DNA of 64,000 bases from Actinomycetota bacterium (lineage in GTDB: Bacteria > Actinomycetota > Actinomycetes > S36-B12 > FW305-bin1), in contig SCTR01000007.1 in NCBI GenBank assembly GCA_004297305.1, forward strand, positions 106,871 through 170,870. The letters are read 5' to 3'. Within the stretch, counting starts at the first letter, position 1. Every line of letters begins with the position of its first letter. Both the position numbers and the translations under genes were made by a program. The notes below the pieces were generated by a model. That model was not told the origin of the DNA, searched no databases, and saw nothing but the letters and a program-made list of their open reading frames with translations. Shown here piece by piece: positions 22,363 through 31,657 of this stretch.

Positions 22363-23177
22363 TTCAGGGCGCCGGCGACGGCCTACTCGACGAGTTGTCC
22401 GCGCTGGCCCTCGAGGCGGCCCGTGCCGCCGGCGAGCTGTTGCTGGCCCGGCCCGACCACCTCCCGGTGGATACGAAGTCCTCGCCGACCGACGTGGTGA
22501 CCGCGATGGACCGCCGCAGCGAGGAGCTGCTGGTCAGCCGGCTGCTGGGGGCCCGCCCGGACGATGGCCTGCTCGGGGAGGAGGGCGGGCAGCGGCTCGG
22601 CACGTCCGGCGTGCGGTGGGTGGTCGACCCGCTGGACGGCACCGTCAACTATCTGTACGGACACCCGGTGTGGGCCGTGTCGGTCGCGGCCGAGGTCGAC
22701 GGGCAGCCGGCGGTCGGCGTGGTGCACTGTCCGGCGGTGGCAGAGACGTACGTCGGCGTCCGGGGTCGCGGTGCGTGGCGGCTGGCGGGGGACGGCCGGC
22801 GCGCCCTGCAGGTCGGCCGGCCGCCGGAGCTGGCCGCGGCCCTCGTCGGTACCGGCTTCGGCTACACCGAGCAGCGGCGGCAGTCGCAGGGTCGGGTGAT
22901 CGGCGCCGTACTGCCGCGCGTCCGTGACGTGCGTCGGGTGGGCGCTGCCTCGGTCGACCTCTGCTGGGTCGCCGACGGCCGGTTGGACGCCTACTGGGAG
23001 AAGGGCTTGAAGCCGTGGGACCTCGCCGCCGGTCAGGTGGTGGCGACGGCTGCCGGAGCGCAGGTGATGGGCCTGCGGGGGATGCCGGCCGGTGAGGAGC
23101 TGGTGCTGGCGGCGGCGCCCGGCCTGGCCGGGCCGCTGCACGACCTGCTGTGCGACCTCGGCGCGGACGAGGACTGA
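22359..23177 (+). CDS. Inositol monophosphatase family protein (SuhB-like)
   Basis: DVVTAMD, LGEEG, WVVDPLDGTVNY, KPWDLAAG. Confidence 0.92.
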   Translation: MIQGAGDGLLDELSALALEAARAAGELLLARPDHLPVDTKSSPTDVVTAMDRRSEELLVSRLLGARPDDGLLGEEGGQRLGTSGVRWVVDPLDGTVNYLYGHPVWAVSVAAEVDGQPAVGVVHCPAVAETYVGVRGRGAWRLAGDGRRALQVGRPPELAAALVGTGFGYTEQRRQSQGRVIGAVLPRVRDVRRVGAASVDLCWVADGRLDAYWEKGLKPWDLAAGQVVATAAGAQVMGLRGMPAGEELVLAAAPGLAGPLHDLLCDLGADED

Positions 23178-23181
23178 GGCG

Positions 23182-23703
23182 TCAGGTGTCCAGCCGCCGC
23201 AGCTGCGCCCGGTAGAGGTGGCCGCGTTCCACGTAGTGCGCTGCACCGTCACGGAACGCGCCGACCGCCACGGCGTCCGGCCGGATCCGGGCCGGTACGC
23301 CCAGCGCCATCGCGCGGCTGGGGACTTCGGTGCCATTGGGGACGAGGGCCTGCGCGCCGACCAGGGCGTTGGCCCGTACGACGACCCGGTGCAGGACGAC
23401 CGAACCCGACCCGATCAGGCAGTCGTCCTCGATCGTGCACCCTTCGAGATGGACCCGGTGGCCGACCACGCAGCGGTCGCCGACCACGGTCGGCAGCTCA
23501 CTCGTGCAGTGCACGACGGTGCCGTCCTGCACCGAGGTCTGGGCGCCGATCCGGATGGTGCCGGCGTCACCGCGCAGCACCGCCCCGGGCCACACCGTGG
23601 ACTCCGGTCCGATGGTCACAGCTCCGATGACGACCGCATCGGGATGGACCCAGGCCTCCGGATGGATGGCGGGGACGCTGTCCCCCAGCGCGTACACGGG
23701 CAC
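23182..23703 (-). CDS. Gamma carbonic anhydrase family (hexapeptide repeat) protein
   Basis: VHPDAVVIGAVTIG, VLRGD, VQDGTVVH, VGHRVHLEGC. Confidence 0.9.
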   Translation of the reverse strand: MPVYALGDSVPAIHPEAWVHPDAVVIGAVTIGPESTVWPGAVLRGDAGTIRIGAQTSVQDGTVVHCTSELPTVVGDRCVVGHRVHLEGCTIEDDCLIGSGSVVLHRVVVRANALVGAQALVPNGTEVPSRAMALGVPARIRPDAVAVGAFRDGAAHYVERGHLYRAQLRRLDT

Positions 23704-23968
23704 CGGCGCTCCGCTCCTTCCTGACGCGGCCCGGCGGGCCGCGCTGCAGCATCCCATCGGTGGCCGCCGAACCGGCGGTACGTCCCCCGCCGATGACCGC
23801 TGCGGCCAACCCATACTCGACGCGTGGGCGTGGCGGTTGCGGTCCTGCCGCCGGTGGCCCGGATCGTGGTGCACAATGCGGGCCCCGGTAGGGCATGAAT
23901 CCGCCAGGCCGGGCGTTGACCGCTCGCACCGAACGACTCGAACGACCCGATCTGGGAGCAGCCCGGCG

Positions 23969-24268
23969 ATGGCCACCGACTACGACGCACCACGCAAGAC
24001 CGACGACGAGTTGGCTGAGGACAGCCTCGAGGAGCTGAAGGCTCGCCGGGTGGACAAGTCCTCGGCAGTTGTCGATGTCGACGAGGCCGAGCTTGCGGAG
24101 TCACTGGAACTTCCCGGCGCCGACCTGTCCGACGAGAGCCTGACCGTGCGCGTCCTGCCACGCCAGGCCGACGAGTTCACGTGCTCGCGCTGCTTCCTGG
24201 TGCATCACCGCAGCCAGCTGGCCCAGGAGCGCGGCAGCGAACTGATCTGCCGCGAGTGCGCCGCCTGA
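23969..24268 (+). CDS. DUF4193 family protein
   Basis: MATDYDAPRK...SLEELK...LPGADLS...DEFTCSRCFLVHHRSQL...CREC. Confidence 0.92.
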   Translation: MATDYDAPRKTDDELAEDSLEELKARRVDKSSAVVDVDEAELAESLELPGADLSDESLTVRVLPRQADEFTCSRCFLVHHRSQLAQERGSELICRECAA

Positions 24269-24426
24269 CCAGCAGCGATCGGCGCTGACGCTGCAGCCCG
24301 CAGTTGCCTGGCTCGCGGCGGCCGGCGAGGCACCGACTGACGGCCGCTGCCGGTCCGGCTTCGGCGGCAGCGGGCGCAGCTACGTGGACTGCTCTACCAA
24401 CAGCTCTGCTGCTGTGAGCGCTGCTG

Positions 24427-24705
24427 CTACGAGCTCTGGGCGGCCGGGTTGTGGCTGGACGTGGCCGTGGCGGTGGCCCGAGTGACGGCGCGCGTGATCA
24501 GGACGTTGGCGACGCTGGCGGCCACCGCGCTGAGTACGGCGAAGATCAGGACCTTGCGCAGCGGCACCTCGATGTCCTCGTTGCGCGGCGGCGGTGTACC
24601 GGTGGCCTTGCGGTAGCCAGCGCCGAGAGCCTGTCGTGCGCCCCACGTCGCCGCGATCGCCGCGATCGGTGCCGCGATCTTGATCAGGTCCCGCTTGTCC
24701 GCCAT
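24427..24705 (-). CDS. DUF4235-like small membrane protein
   Basis: GYRKATGTPPP, hydrophobic VLIFAVLSAVAASVA; AAGGA RBS. Confidence 0.75.
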   Translation of the reverse strand: MADKRDLIKIAAPIAAIAATWGARQALGAGYRKATGTPPPRNEDIEVPLRKVLIFAVLSAVAASVANVLITRAVTRATATATSSHNPAAQSS

Positions 24706-24762
24706 CGCGTCGTCCTTCCTGGGCGGCCCCGGCTGACCGGCGGTACCGCGTGTCGGGTGGTC

Positions 24763-25506
24763 TCAGCCCTCGGTGTCGTCGCGCTCGCCCGCGTTGCCGG
24801 ACGCCGGCAGGGCGTCGTCTGGGCTGTCGCCGCCATCCTGCCGCACCGGCACGGATCCCGCGTCCGGCAGCGCGGCTTCCCCGGTCGACGGATCGTCGGA
24901 GCCGTCGGAGTCCGGGCGCGGCCCGATCGCGGCGTGCCGGGCGGCGGTCAGGGCCGCCACGACCGCGTGCGGATGCCGCGTCGACACCAGCCAGCTGCGG
25001 TGCGGGTCGGCCGGATCCGTGATCTCCACCTCGACAGCGGTCGAGGTGGACCAGGTCCGCAGCACGAAGTACGCCGAGACGTCCGCGCCGCGCCCCCGTG
25101 CGAGCGCGGCTGCCTGCGGATCCAGGGCCCGCACGCGGCCGACGTACCGCAGCGGCAGTCGCGCCCGGCCCGCCCGGAAGACCCGATCGTCGACCCGTAC
25201 GACGACCGCGGTCGCCAGGATCGCGGCGACCAACGCGGCTTGCACGGCGACGACGATCACGACGCCGACGGCCACGCCGTACGCGTAGCCGTATGCCACG
25301 GCCAGGACTGCGGCGAGGCCGAAGGTGATCGGCCAGAGCCACCAGGCCGGAACGAGTCGCTCGGCGTAGAGGACCTCGACGCCGTCCCGGCCCTCGGCGT
25401 CCCGGTCGTCGATGTCCCGGCCGTCGATGTCCCGGCCGTCGACGTCCCGGCCGTCGACGTCGTCGCGCGCGGCGCCCGTGGCGCGTTGCGCTCCCGACCC
25501 GGCCAT
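24763..25506 (-). CDS. DUF3093 family membrane protein
   Basis: YAERLVPAWW, FRAGRARLP, DPADPHRSWLVSTRHP; divergent from dut. Confidence 0.85.
   Translation of the reverse strand: MAGSGAQRATGAARDDVDGRDVDGRDIDGRDIDDRDAEGRDGVEVLYAERLVPAWWLWPITFGLAAVLAVAYGYAYGVAVGVVIVVAVQAALVAAILATAVVVRVDDRVFRAGRARLPLRYVGRVRALDPQAAALARGRGADVSAYFVLRTWSTSTAVEVEITDPADPHRSWLVSTRHPHAVVAALTAARHAAIGPRPDSDGSDDPSTGEAALPDAGSVPVRQDGGDSPDDALPASGNAGERDDTEG
25384..25458. repeat. 15-bp tandem repeat x5 (GTCCCGGCCGTCGAY), coding DGRDV/DGRDI
   Basis: Copies start at 25384, 25399, 25414, 25429 and 25444; the first two are degenerate. Confidence 0.85.
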
Positions 25507-25568
25507 GACCGGCAGCCTGCCAGGTCGACCTCGGGGCGGGCCGCCGGACCACTGGCTAGGGTGCACCG

Positions 25569-26042
25569 GTGATGGGCGAGCTTCCGGTTTCGGCGGTCGA
25601 CGTGCCGCTGCTTCGGCTCGATCCCGGGCTGCCGCCGCCGGCGTACGCCCGCGACGGTGACGCCGGTGCGGACCTCATGACCACGATCGACGTCGTCCTG
25701 CCGCCGGGGGAGCGGGCGCTCGTGCCGACGGGGGTGGCCGTGGCGATCCCGGCGGGGTACGCCGGCTTCGTCCATCCGCGCAGTGGCCTGGCGGCACGCC
25801 ACGGCGTGAGCCTGGTGAACGCTCCGGGCACCATCGACAGCGGGTACCGCGGCGAGATCCAGGTGAGCATCGTCAATCTCGATCCCCGCAGCACGGTGCA
25901 CCTGCACCGGGGTGACCGCATCGCCCAGCTGGTGGTGCAGCGGGTCGAGCACGCCCACTTCACGGAAGTCGAGTCGCTGTCCGCATCCGAACGTGGCGCG
26001 GCAGGCTTCGGCTCCACCGGAGGCCACGCGAGTAGCGTGTGA
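25569..26042 (+). CDS. dut: dUTP diphosphatase
   Basis: [45 protein letters not shown]. Confidence 0.97.
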   Translation: MMGELPVSAVDVPLLRLDPGLPPPAYARDGDAGADLMTTIDVVLPPGERALVPTGVAVAIPAGYAGFVHPRSGLAARHGVSLVNAPGTIDSGYRGEIQVSIVNLDPRSTVHLHRGDRIAQLVVQRVEHAHFTEVESLSASERGAAGFGSTGGHASSV

Positions 26043-26159
26043 CCGCCCGGCGCGCCGGAGGTTCGCCCGAGTCCGGTTGCCCCGGACCGGCTGCCCGATC
26101 CCGTCACCCCCCGCCCTCGCCGGCCGACCGACGCCCGGCAACCCCACGAGGAGCTCACC

Positions 26160-26936
26160 GTGTTCCGACGCCGCCGCCACCAGGACGGCGCTGAGCCGAT
26201 CGACCCTGATCACGTCGACCCCGATCAGCTCGACGACGATCACGTGGACGGCGAACCGGACGCGGTGACGCAGGCTGCGGGCACCGGCCCGACCGCGCCG
26301 CGGCCGGCGGACCGCAGCGCCGGTCCGTACGACGAGGACGAGGCTGCGCCACAGCGCGAGCGGCTGGACCTCGGCGCGCTGCGGCTTCCGGCGGTGCCCG
26401 GTGCCGAGATCCGGGTCGAGGTCGACCAGCAGACCGGCGCGGTGACAGCGGTCACCGTGGTGCTCGCCGACTCCGCCGTTCAACTGCAACCGTTCGCGGC
26501 CCCTCGCACCGCGGGGATCTGGGACGAGGCGCGGCGGGAGATCAGGGGCCAGGTCAGCTCCAGCGGCGGCACCGTGGACGAGGTCACCGGCCCGTTCGGA
26601 CCGGAGGTACGGACCCAGGTTCCCGCGCAGTTGCCGGACGGGTCGCCGGCTGTGCAGCCGGCCCGCTTCGTCGGCGTCGACGGCCCCCGCTGGTTCCTGC
26701 GCGCGGTCTTCCTCGGTCAGGCGGCGCTCGACCCGGCGGCGGCCGCCGAACTGGAACAGCTGGTGCGCGACGTCGTCGTCGTCCGCGGCGGCGAGGCCAT
26801 GCCGCCGGGGGAGCCGTTGCCGCTTCGGCTGCCCACCGACGCCGTCGCCGACGGATCCGCCGACGGCGACGGCCCGGCCGGTGCCGGCGACCTGAACCCG
26901 TACGAGCGCGGCCCGGAGATCACCGAGATCCGGTAG
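26160..26936 (+). CDS. DUF3710 family protein
   Basis: GPYD, LDLGALRLP, LQPFAAPR, RFVGVDGPRWFLR, NPYERGPEITEIR. Confidence 0.9.
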   Translation: MFRRRRHQDGAEPIDPDHVDPDQLDDDHVDGEPDAVTQAAGTGPTAPRPADRSAGPYDEDEAAPQRERLDLGALRLPAVPGAEIRVEVDQQTGAVTAVTVVLADSAVQLQPFAAPRTAGIWDEARREIRGQVSSSGGTVDEVTGPFGPEVRTQVPAQLPDGSPAVQPARFVGVDGPRWFLRAVFLGQAALDPAAAAELEQLVRDVVVVRGGEAMPPGEPLPLRLPTDAVADGSADGDGPAGAGDLNPYERGPEITEIR

Positions 26937-27037
26937 CCGGCTGGGCGCGCCCTCGGCTGATTGCCGCGCTGTCGCCGACGTGCGGTACGGCGCCCGCCGC
27001 GGGGCGGTGGCCGGCACAGCGGGACTACGCTTGTCGC

Positions 27038-27457
27038 GTGACGTCACAACCGGTGGCTACCGAGCAGGACGACCGATTCGCCGGCCGGCAGGGCCCGTGG
27101 CGGCGACTCGTCGGCCGCCTCACCGCGACCGCGGAAGATGCCGAGGCCGACGAGTTGCAGGAAGGCAGCCGGGGCCTGGGCTGTACGGCGATCGCCCGCT
27201 GTCAGCCGGGCGGCATCATGACCGTGAGCGGCACGCTGCGGGCGGTCACCTTGCAGCCACGGGCCGGTTCGCCCGCCCTCGAAGCCGAGCTGTACGACGG
27301 TTCCGGACGGGTCACGCTGGTCTGGATCGGCCGTCGGCGCATCGCCGGGATCGAGCCGGGCCGGTCGTTGAAGGCCGTCGGCCGGGTGACCGGCGTACCC
27401 GGCGAACTGACGCTGTACAACCCGCGCTACACCCTGCTGGCCACGGGCGCGGAGTGA
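27038..27457 (+). CDS. OB-fold nucleic-acid-binding protein
   Basis: LEAELYDGSGRVTLVWIGRRRIAGIEPG, YNPRYTL. Confidence 0.85.
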   Translation: MTSQPVATEQDDRFAGRQGPWRRLVGRLTATAEDAEADELQEGSRGLGCTAIARCQPGGIMTVSGTLRAVTLQPRAGSPALEAELYDGSGRVTLVWIGRRRIAGIEPGRSLKAVGRVTGVPGELTLYNPRYTLLATGAE

Positions 27458-28131
27458 CGCCGGGGCGGCCGGCGACGGACGAGGCGCTGCTGACCGAGGC
27501 CCTGGGAGGCTGGCGCGGCCTGCTCGACTCGGCTGCCCCGCCGCTGGTGTTCGTCATCTGCTACGTCGCGACCAGCGAACTCACGCCGTCGTTGTGGGCA
27601 TCACTCGGGGCGGCATTCCTGGTGGCCGTCATTCGGCTCTGGCGCCGGCAGCCGCTGCGCCAGATCGTCGGTGGCGTGATCGGCATCGCGGTGTCGGCGT
27701 ACTTCGCGTCGCGGACCGGCAAGGCGGAGGACTTCTTCCTGCCTGGCCTGCTGATCAACCTCGGGTACGCCGCGGTGTTCGTGGTGTCACTGGTGGTGCG
27801 GTGGCCGCTGGTGGGTGTCGTCGTCGGCGGCCTGACCGGTGACGTCGCCGGCTGGCGGGCTGACCGCCGGGCATACCGGGCCGCCCAACTCGCGACGCTG
27901 GTCTGGATCGGCTCGTTCCTGCTGCGGGTAGCGGTGCAGTGGCCGCTGTACGCCGCGGGCATGGTGGCCGCCCTCGGCGCGGCCAAGATCGTTCTGGGCT
28001 GGCCGGTGTACCTGGCCACGCTGTGGATCACCTACCTGCTGATGCGCCCGACGTTGGCCCGCCGGCGGCAGGCGGTCGCCGAAGCCGCCGGGACGCCACC
28101 GGCCGCTGACACCGAGTCCGAGTCGCGCTGA
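27454..28131 (+). CDS. DUF3159 family membrane protein
   Basis: LGGWRGLLDS, RTGKAEDFFLPG, RWPLVGVVVG, VQWPLY; GTGA overlap with the upstream gene. Confidence 0.88.
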   Translation: MTPGRPATDEALLTEALGGWRGLLDSAAPPLVFVICYVATSELTPSLWASLGAAFLVAVIRLWRRQPLRQIVGGVIGIAVSAYFASRTGKAEDFFLPGLLINLGYAAVFVVSLVVRWPLVGVVVGGLTGDVAGWRADRRAYRAAQLATLVWIGSFLLRVAVQWPLYAAGMVAALGAAKIVLGWPVYLATLWITYLLMRPTLARRRQAVAEAAGTPPAADTESESR

Positions 28132-28186
28132 CCCCACGCGGAGCGCGCCTTACGGCGGCGGCTCATGCGCCAGGGTGACGTGCCGC

Positions 28187-28846
28187 TCAGTGAGCCGACA
28201 GCAGTTCTGCCAGCGCGGCTTCCTGGTCGGCAGCGGCGACGAAGATCAGCTCGTCGCCGACCTCCAGCGGGTCGTCCGCGCTCGGCGTGATGACCCGGGG
28301 ACCGCGGACGATCGCGACCAGGGCGGTATCCGGTGGCCACGGGACGTCGCCGACCCGGCCGCCGACGACGTGGGCCTGGTTGCCGAGCGTCATCTCGACC
28401 AGATTCGCTTCGCCGCGACGGAAGCTGAACAGTCGCACCAGATCTCCGACGGTGACGGCCTCTTCGACCAGCGCGGACAGCATGCGTGGCGTGGACACCG
28501 CCACGTCCACGCCCCAGGACTCGTCGAACATCCACTCGTTCTCCGGATGGTTCACCCGGGCCACCACGCGGGGGACGCCGTACTCGGTCTTGGCCAGCAG
28601 CGACAGCACGAGGTTGACCTTGTCGTCGCCCGTGGCGGCGACGACGACCTGGCAGTGCGGCAGGTCCGCCTCGTCCAGCGACGCGATCTCGCAGGCATCG
28701 GCCTGCAGGATCTGGACCCCGGCGACCACCCCGGGTCGCGCCTTGGTCGGGTCCCGGTCGATCATGAGGACGTCGTGACCGTTCCCGACGAGTTCGCGGG
28801 CGATCGAGCGGCCGACCTTGCCCGCGCCGGCGATGGCGATGCGCAT
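28187..28846 (-). CDS. trkA: TrkA/KtrA-type RCK potassium-uptake regulatory subunit (CeoC-like)
   Basis: IAGAGKVG, ATGDDKVN, VVARVNHP, C-terminal TrkA_C region. Confidence 0.92.
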   Translation of the reverse strand: MRIAIAGAGKVGRSIARELVGNGHDVLMIDRDPTKARPGVVAGVQILQADACEIASLDEADLPHCQVVVAATGDDKVNLVLSLLAKTEYGVPRVVARVNHPENEWMFDESWGVDVAVSTPRMLSALVEEAVTVGDLVRLFSFRRGEANLVEMTLGNQAHVVGGRVGDVPWPPDTALVAIVRGPRVITPSADDPLEVGDELIFVAAADQEAALAELLSAH

Positions 28847-29508
28847 CAGTTCACCATCGGGGGTGCGCCCAGGACCTTCTCGACCCGGTCGCGGTCGTCG
28901 TGGCCGAACAGCACGTGGATCAGGTCGCCCTCCTGCACCACGGTGTCACCGTCGGGCAGCATGGCCTCGCCGTAGCGGGTGACGAACGCCACCCGGCATC
29001 CGGCGAGCTGCTGCAGATGCTTGATCTTCGTCCCGACCCAGGCGGTGTGGACGTGGACCTCCGCGACCACCAGGGTGCCGCTGGGATCGCGCCATTCCTC
29101 CAGCGCTCCCAGCGGGAGGAGCCGCCGCATCATCTGCACCGCGGTCCAGGAGACCGTCGCGACGGTCGGGATGCCGAGCCGTTCGTACACCTCGGCCCGC
29201 TTGGGGTCGTAGATGCGCGCGACGACGTTCTCCACGCCGTACGTCTCGCGCGCGACGCGCGCGGCGAGGATGTTGGAGTTGTCTCCGCTGGAGACCGCAG
29301 CGAAGGCGTGGGCCCGTTCGATCCCCGCGGCCCGCAGCGTCTCGCGGTCGAAGCCGACGCCGGCGACCGTCAGTCCGGCGAAGTGCGGGCCCAGCCGCCG
29401 GAAAGCGGCCGGCTCCTGGTCGACCACGGCGACCGAATGGCCCATGCCTTCGACGGTATGGGCCAGCGTCGAACCGACGCGGCCGCAACCCATGATGACG
29501 ATGTGCAC
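28846..29508 (-). CDS. trkA: TrkA/KtrA-type RCK subunit (CeoB-like)
   Basis: IMGCGRVG, VSSGDNSN, VVARIYDP; stop overlaps the start of the downstream gene. Confidence 0.92.
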   Translation of the reverse strand: MHIVIMGCGRVGSTLAHTVEGMGHSVAVVDQEPAAFRRLGPHFAGLTVAGVGFDRETLRAAGIERAHAFAAVSSGDNSNILAARVARETYGVENVVARIYDPKRAEVYERLGIPTVATVSWTAVQMMRRLLPLGALEEWRDPSGTLVVAEVHVHTAWVGTKIKHLQQLAGCRVAFVTRYGEAMLPDGDTVVQEGDLIHVLFGHDDRDRVEKVLGAPPMVN

Positions 29509-29620
29509 GGCGCTCTCTCGCAGGACGGGGTCGTGCTGCCCCGCTCCGCCGGGGGCCGCTCAGCACGCTACACGTCACCGACGCGGCGGCTGCGTCACCG
29601 GGGCCCTATCGTTCGCAGGC

Positions 29621-31657
29621 GTGGCGGTCACCGACGTGTTCAAGCGTCTGCTCGTGGGCCGGGCTCTGCGCAGTGACCGCCTCGGCGAGACGCTGCTGCC
29701 CAAGCGCATCGCCCTGCCGGTGTTCGCCTCGGACGCGCTGTCGTCGAACGCCTACGCCACGCAAGAGATCCTCATGGTGCTCTCGCTCGGCGGACTGTCG
29801 TACTACTCGTACGGGCCATGGGTCGCCGCCGCGGTGGTGCTCATCTATTTCACGGTGGTCGCGTCGTACCGCCAGAACGTCCACGCGTATCCCAGCGGCG
29901 GTGGCGACTACGAGGTCGTGTCGACCAACCTGGGGCCACGTGCCGGCGTCTTCGTGGCCAGCGCGCTGCTGGTCGACTACGTGCTGACCGTCGCGGTCTC
30001 GATCTCCTCCGCGGTGGCCAACCTCTCGTCGGCCTTCCCCTTCTTCGACGCGCACACCGTCTGGTGGGCCGTCGGCATCATCGCCGTGCTCGCCTTCATG
30101 AACCTGCGCGGCGTGCGGGAGTCCGGGACGGCGTTCGCGATCCCCACGTACGGCTTCATGATCAGCATCTTCGTGATGGTCGCCGTCGCGATCGGGCGGG
30201 TGGCCAGTGGAGCCACGCTGTCAGCCGAGAGCGCAGGCTGGGACATCCGGCCGGAGGGCACCTACGCCGGTCTCGCCCTGCTGTTCCTGGTCGCTCGTTC
30301 GTTCTCCTCCGGCACAACGGCTCTCACCGGCATCGAGGCGATCGCCAACGGCGTTCCGGCGTTCCGCAAGCCGAAGTCACGCAACGCCGCGACCACGTTG
30401 CTGCTGCTCGGGGTCATCTCGATGGCGATGTTCGTCGGCATCACCTGGCTGGCGATGCTGACCGGGGTCAAGGTGACCGAGTTCGACCAGGACCTCATCG
30501 GACTGCCCGCCGGGCAGGAACAGAAGACCGTGATCGTCCAAGTCGCGCAGGCGGTCTTCGGCTCCTTCGGAGTCGGCGTCATCGTGGTGTCGCTGATGAC
30601 CGCGCTGATCCTCGCGCTGGCAGCCAACACCGCCTTCAACGGCTTCCCCGTGCTCGGCTCGATCCTGGCTCGCGACGGCTACCTGCCCCGGCAGTTGCAC
30701 ACCCGGGGCGACCGGCTGGCCTACAGCAACGGCATCCTCATGCTCTCGTTGCTCGCCATCGTCCTGGTGATCGTCTACCAGGCCGAGGTCAGTTCGCTGA
30801 TCCAGCTGTACATCGTGGGGGTCTTCGTCTCGTTCACGTTGAGCCAGACCGGGATGGTGCGGCACTGGACCCGTCATCTGCGCACCGAGACCGATGCGCG
30901 GGTCCGTCGGCAGATGAAGCGCTCCCGCGCGATCAACGCCTTCGGGTTGTCGATGACCGGCACGGTCCTGGTCATCGTGCTGCTGACGAAGTTCACCCGG
31001 GGCGCCTGGATCGTCTGTATCGCGATGCCGTTGCTGTACGTGCTGATGCAGGCGGTCCGCCGGCACTACGACCGCGTCGCGATGGAGCTCGTGCCGGACG
31101 ACGACGAGAAGGTCGTGCTGCCGTCGCGGGTCATCGCGCTGGTGCTGGTCTCCAAGATTCACAAGCCGGCTCTGCGGGCACTGGCGTACGCGCGGGCCAC
31201 CCGCCCGACGGTCCTGGAGGCCATCACGGTGAACGTCGACTCCGAGGAGACCGCTCGGCTCGCCGTCGAATGGGACCGCCGCGACATCCCGGTGCCGCTG
31301 AAGGTGCTGGACTCGCCGTTCCGCGAGATCACCCGGCCGATCGTGGAGTACGTCCGCTCGTTGCGCCGCGACAGCCCACGCGACCTGGTGACGGTGTACA
31401 TCCCGGAGTACGTCGTCGGACGCTGGTGGGAACAGTTGCTGCACAACCAGTCTGCGCTGCGGCTGAAGGGGCGGCTGTTGTTCACCCCGGGGGTCATGGT
31501 CGTCAGCGTGCCCTGGCAGCTGGCGTCTTCCGAACGTGTGGCGCGGCGCCCTGAGCCGGAGGGTCCCGGGGCGGTACGGCGCGGTTCGCCGACGGCGGCG
31601 GCCGCCGACCGCGTCGTGGAGGCCGAGTACCGGACCCCGCCCGGCCGCGACGCGTGA
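29621..31657 (+). CDS. kimA: APC-superfamily permease, KimA(YdaO)-like potassium importer
   Basis: FASDALSSNAY, YPSGGGDYEV, TGIEAIANGVP, LYIVGVF, cytoplasmic C-terminus TVYIPEYVVGRWWEQLLHNQSAL. Confidence 0.8.
   Translation: MAVTDVFKRLLVGRALRSDRLGETLLPKRIALPVFASDALSSNAYATQEILMVLSLGGLSYYSYGPWVAAAVVLIYFTVVASYRQNVHAYPSGGGDYEVVSTNLGPRAGVFVASALLVDYVLTVAVSISSAVANLSSAFPFFDAHTVWWAVGIIAVLAFMNLRGVRESGTAFAIPTYGFMISIFVMVAVAIGRVASGATLSAESAGWDIRPEGTYAGLALLFLVARSFSSGTTALTGIEAIANGVPAFRKPKSRNAATTLLLLGVISMAMFVGITWLAMLTGVKVTEFDQDLIGLPAGQEQKTVIVQVAQAVFGSFGVGVIVVSLMTALILALAANTAFNGFPVLGSILARDGYLPRQLHTRGDRLAYSNGILMLSLLAIVLVIVYQAEVSSLIQLYIVGVFVSFTLSQTGMVRHWTRHLRTETDARVRRQMKRSRAINAFGLSMTGTVLVIVLLTKFTRGAWIVCIAMPLLYVLMQAVRRHYDRVAMELVPDDDEKVVLPSRVIALVLVSKIHKPALRALAYARATRPTVLEAITVNVDSEETARLAVEWDRRDIPVPLKVLDSPFREITRPIVEYVRSLRRDSPRDLVTVYIPEYVVGRWWEQLLHNQSALRLKGRLLFTPGVMVVSVPWQLASSERVARRPEPEGPGAVRRGSPTAAAADRVVEAEYRTPPGRDA

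Noticed and set aside
11475-23703. Carbon-concentrating module from the beta- and gamma-carbonic anhydrase genes
   Set aside because: The genes are about 11 kb apart in unrelated contexts, no carboxysome or RuBisCO genes are present, and gamma-CA-like proteins are often non-catalytic.
29509-29620. c-di-AMP (ydaO) riboswitch upstream of the KimA-like gene
   Set aside because: The 112-bp divergent gap is short and lacks recognisable ydaO core motifs.
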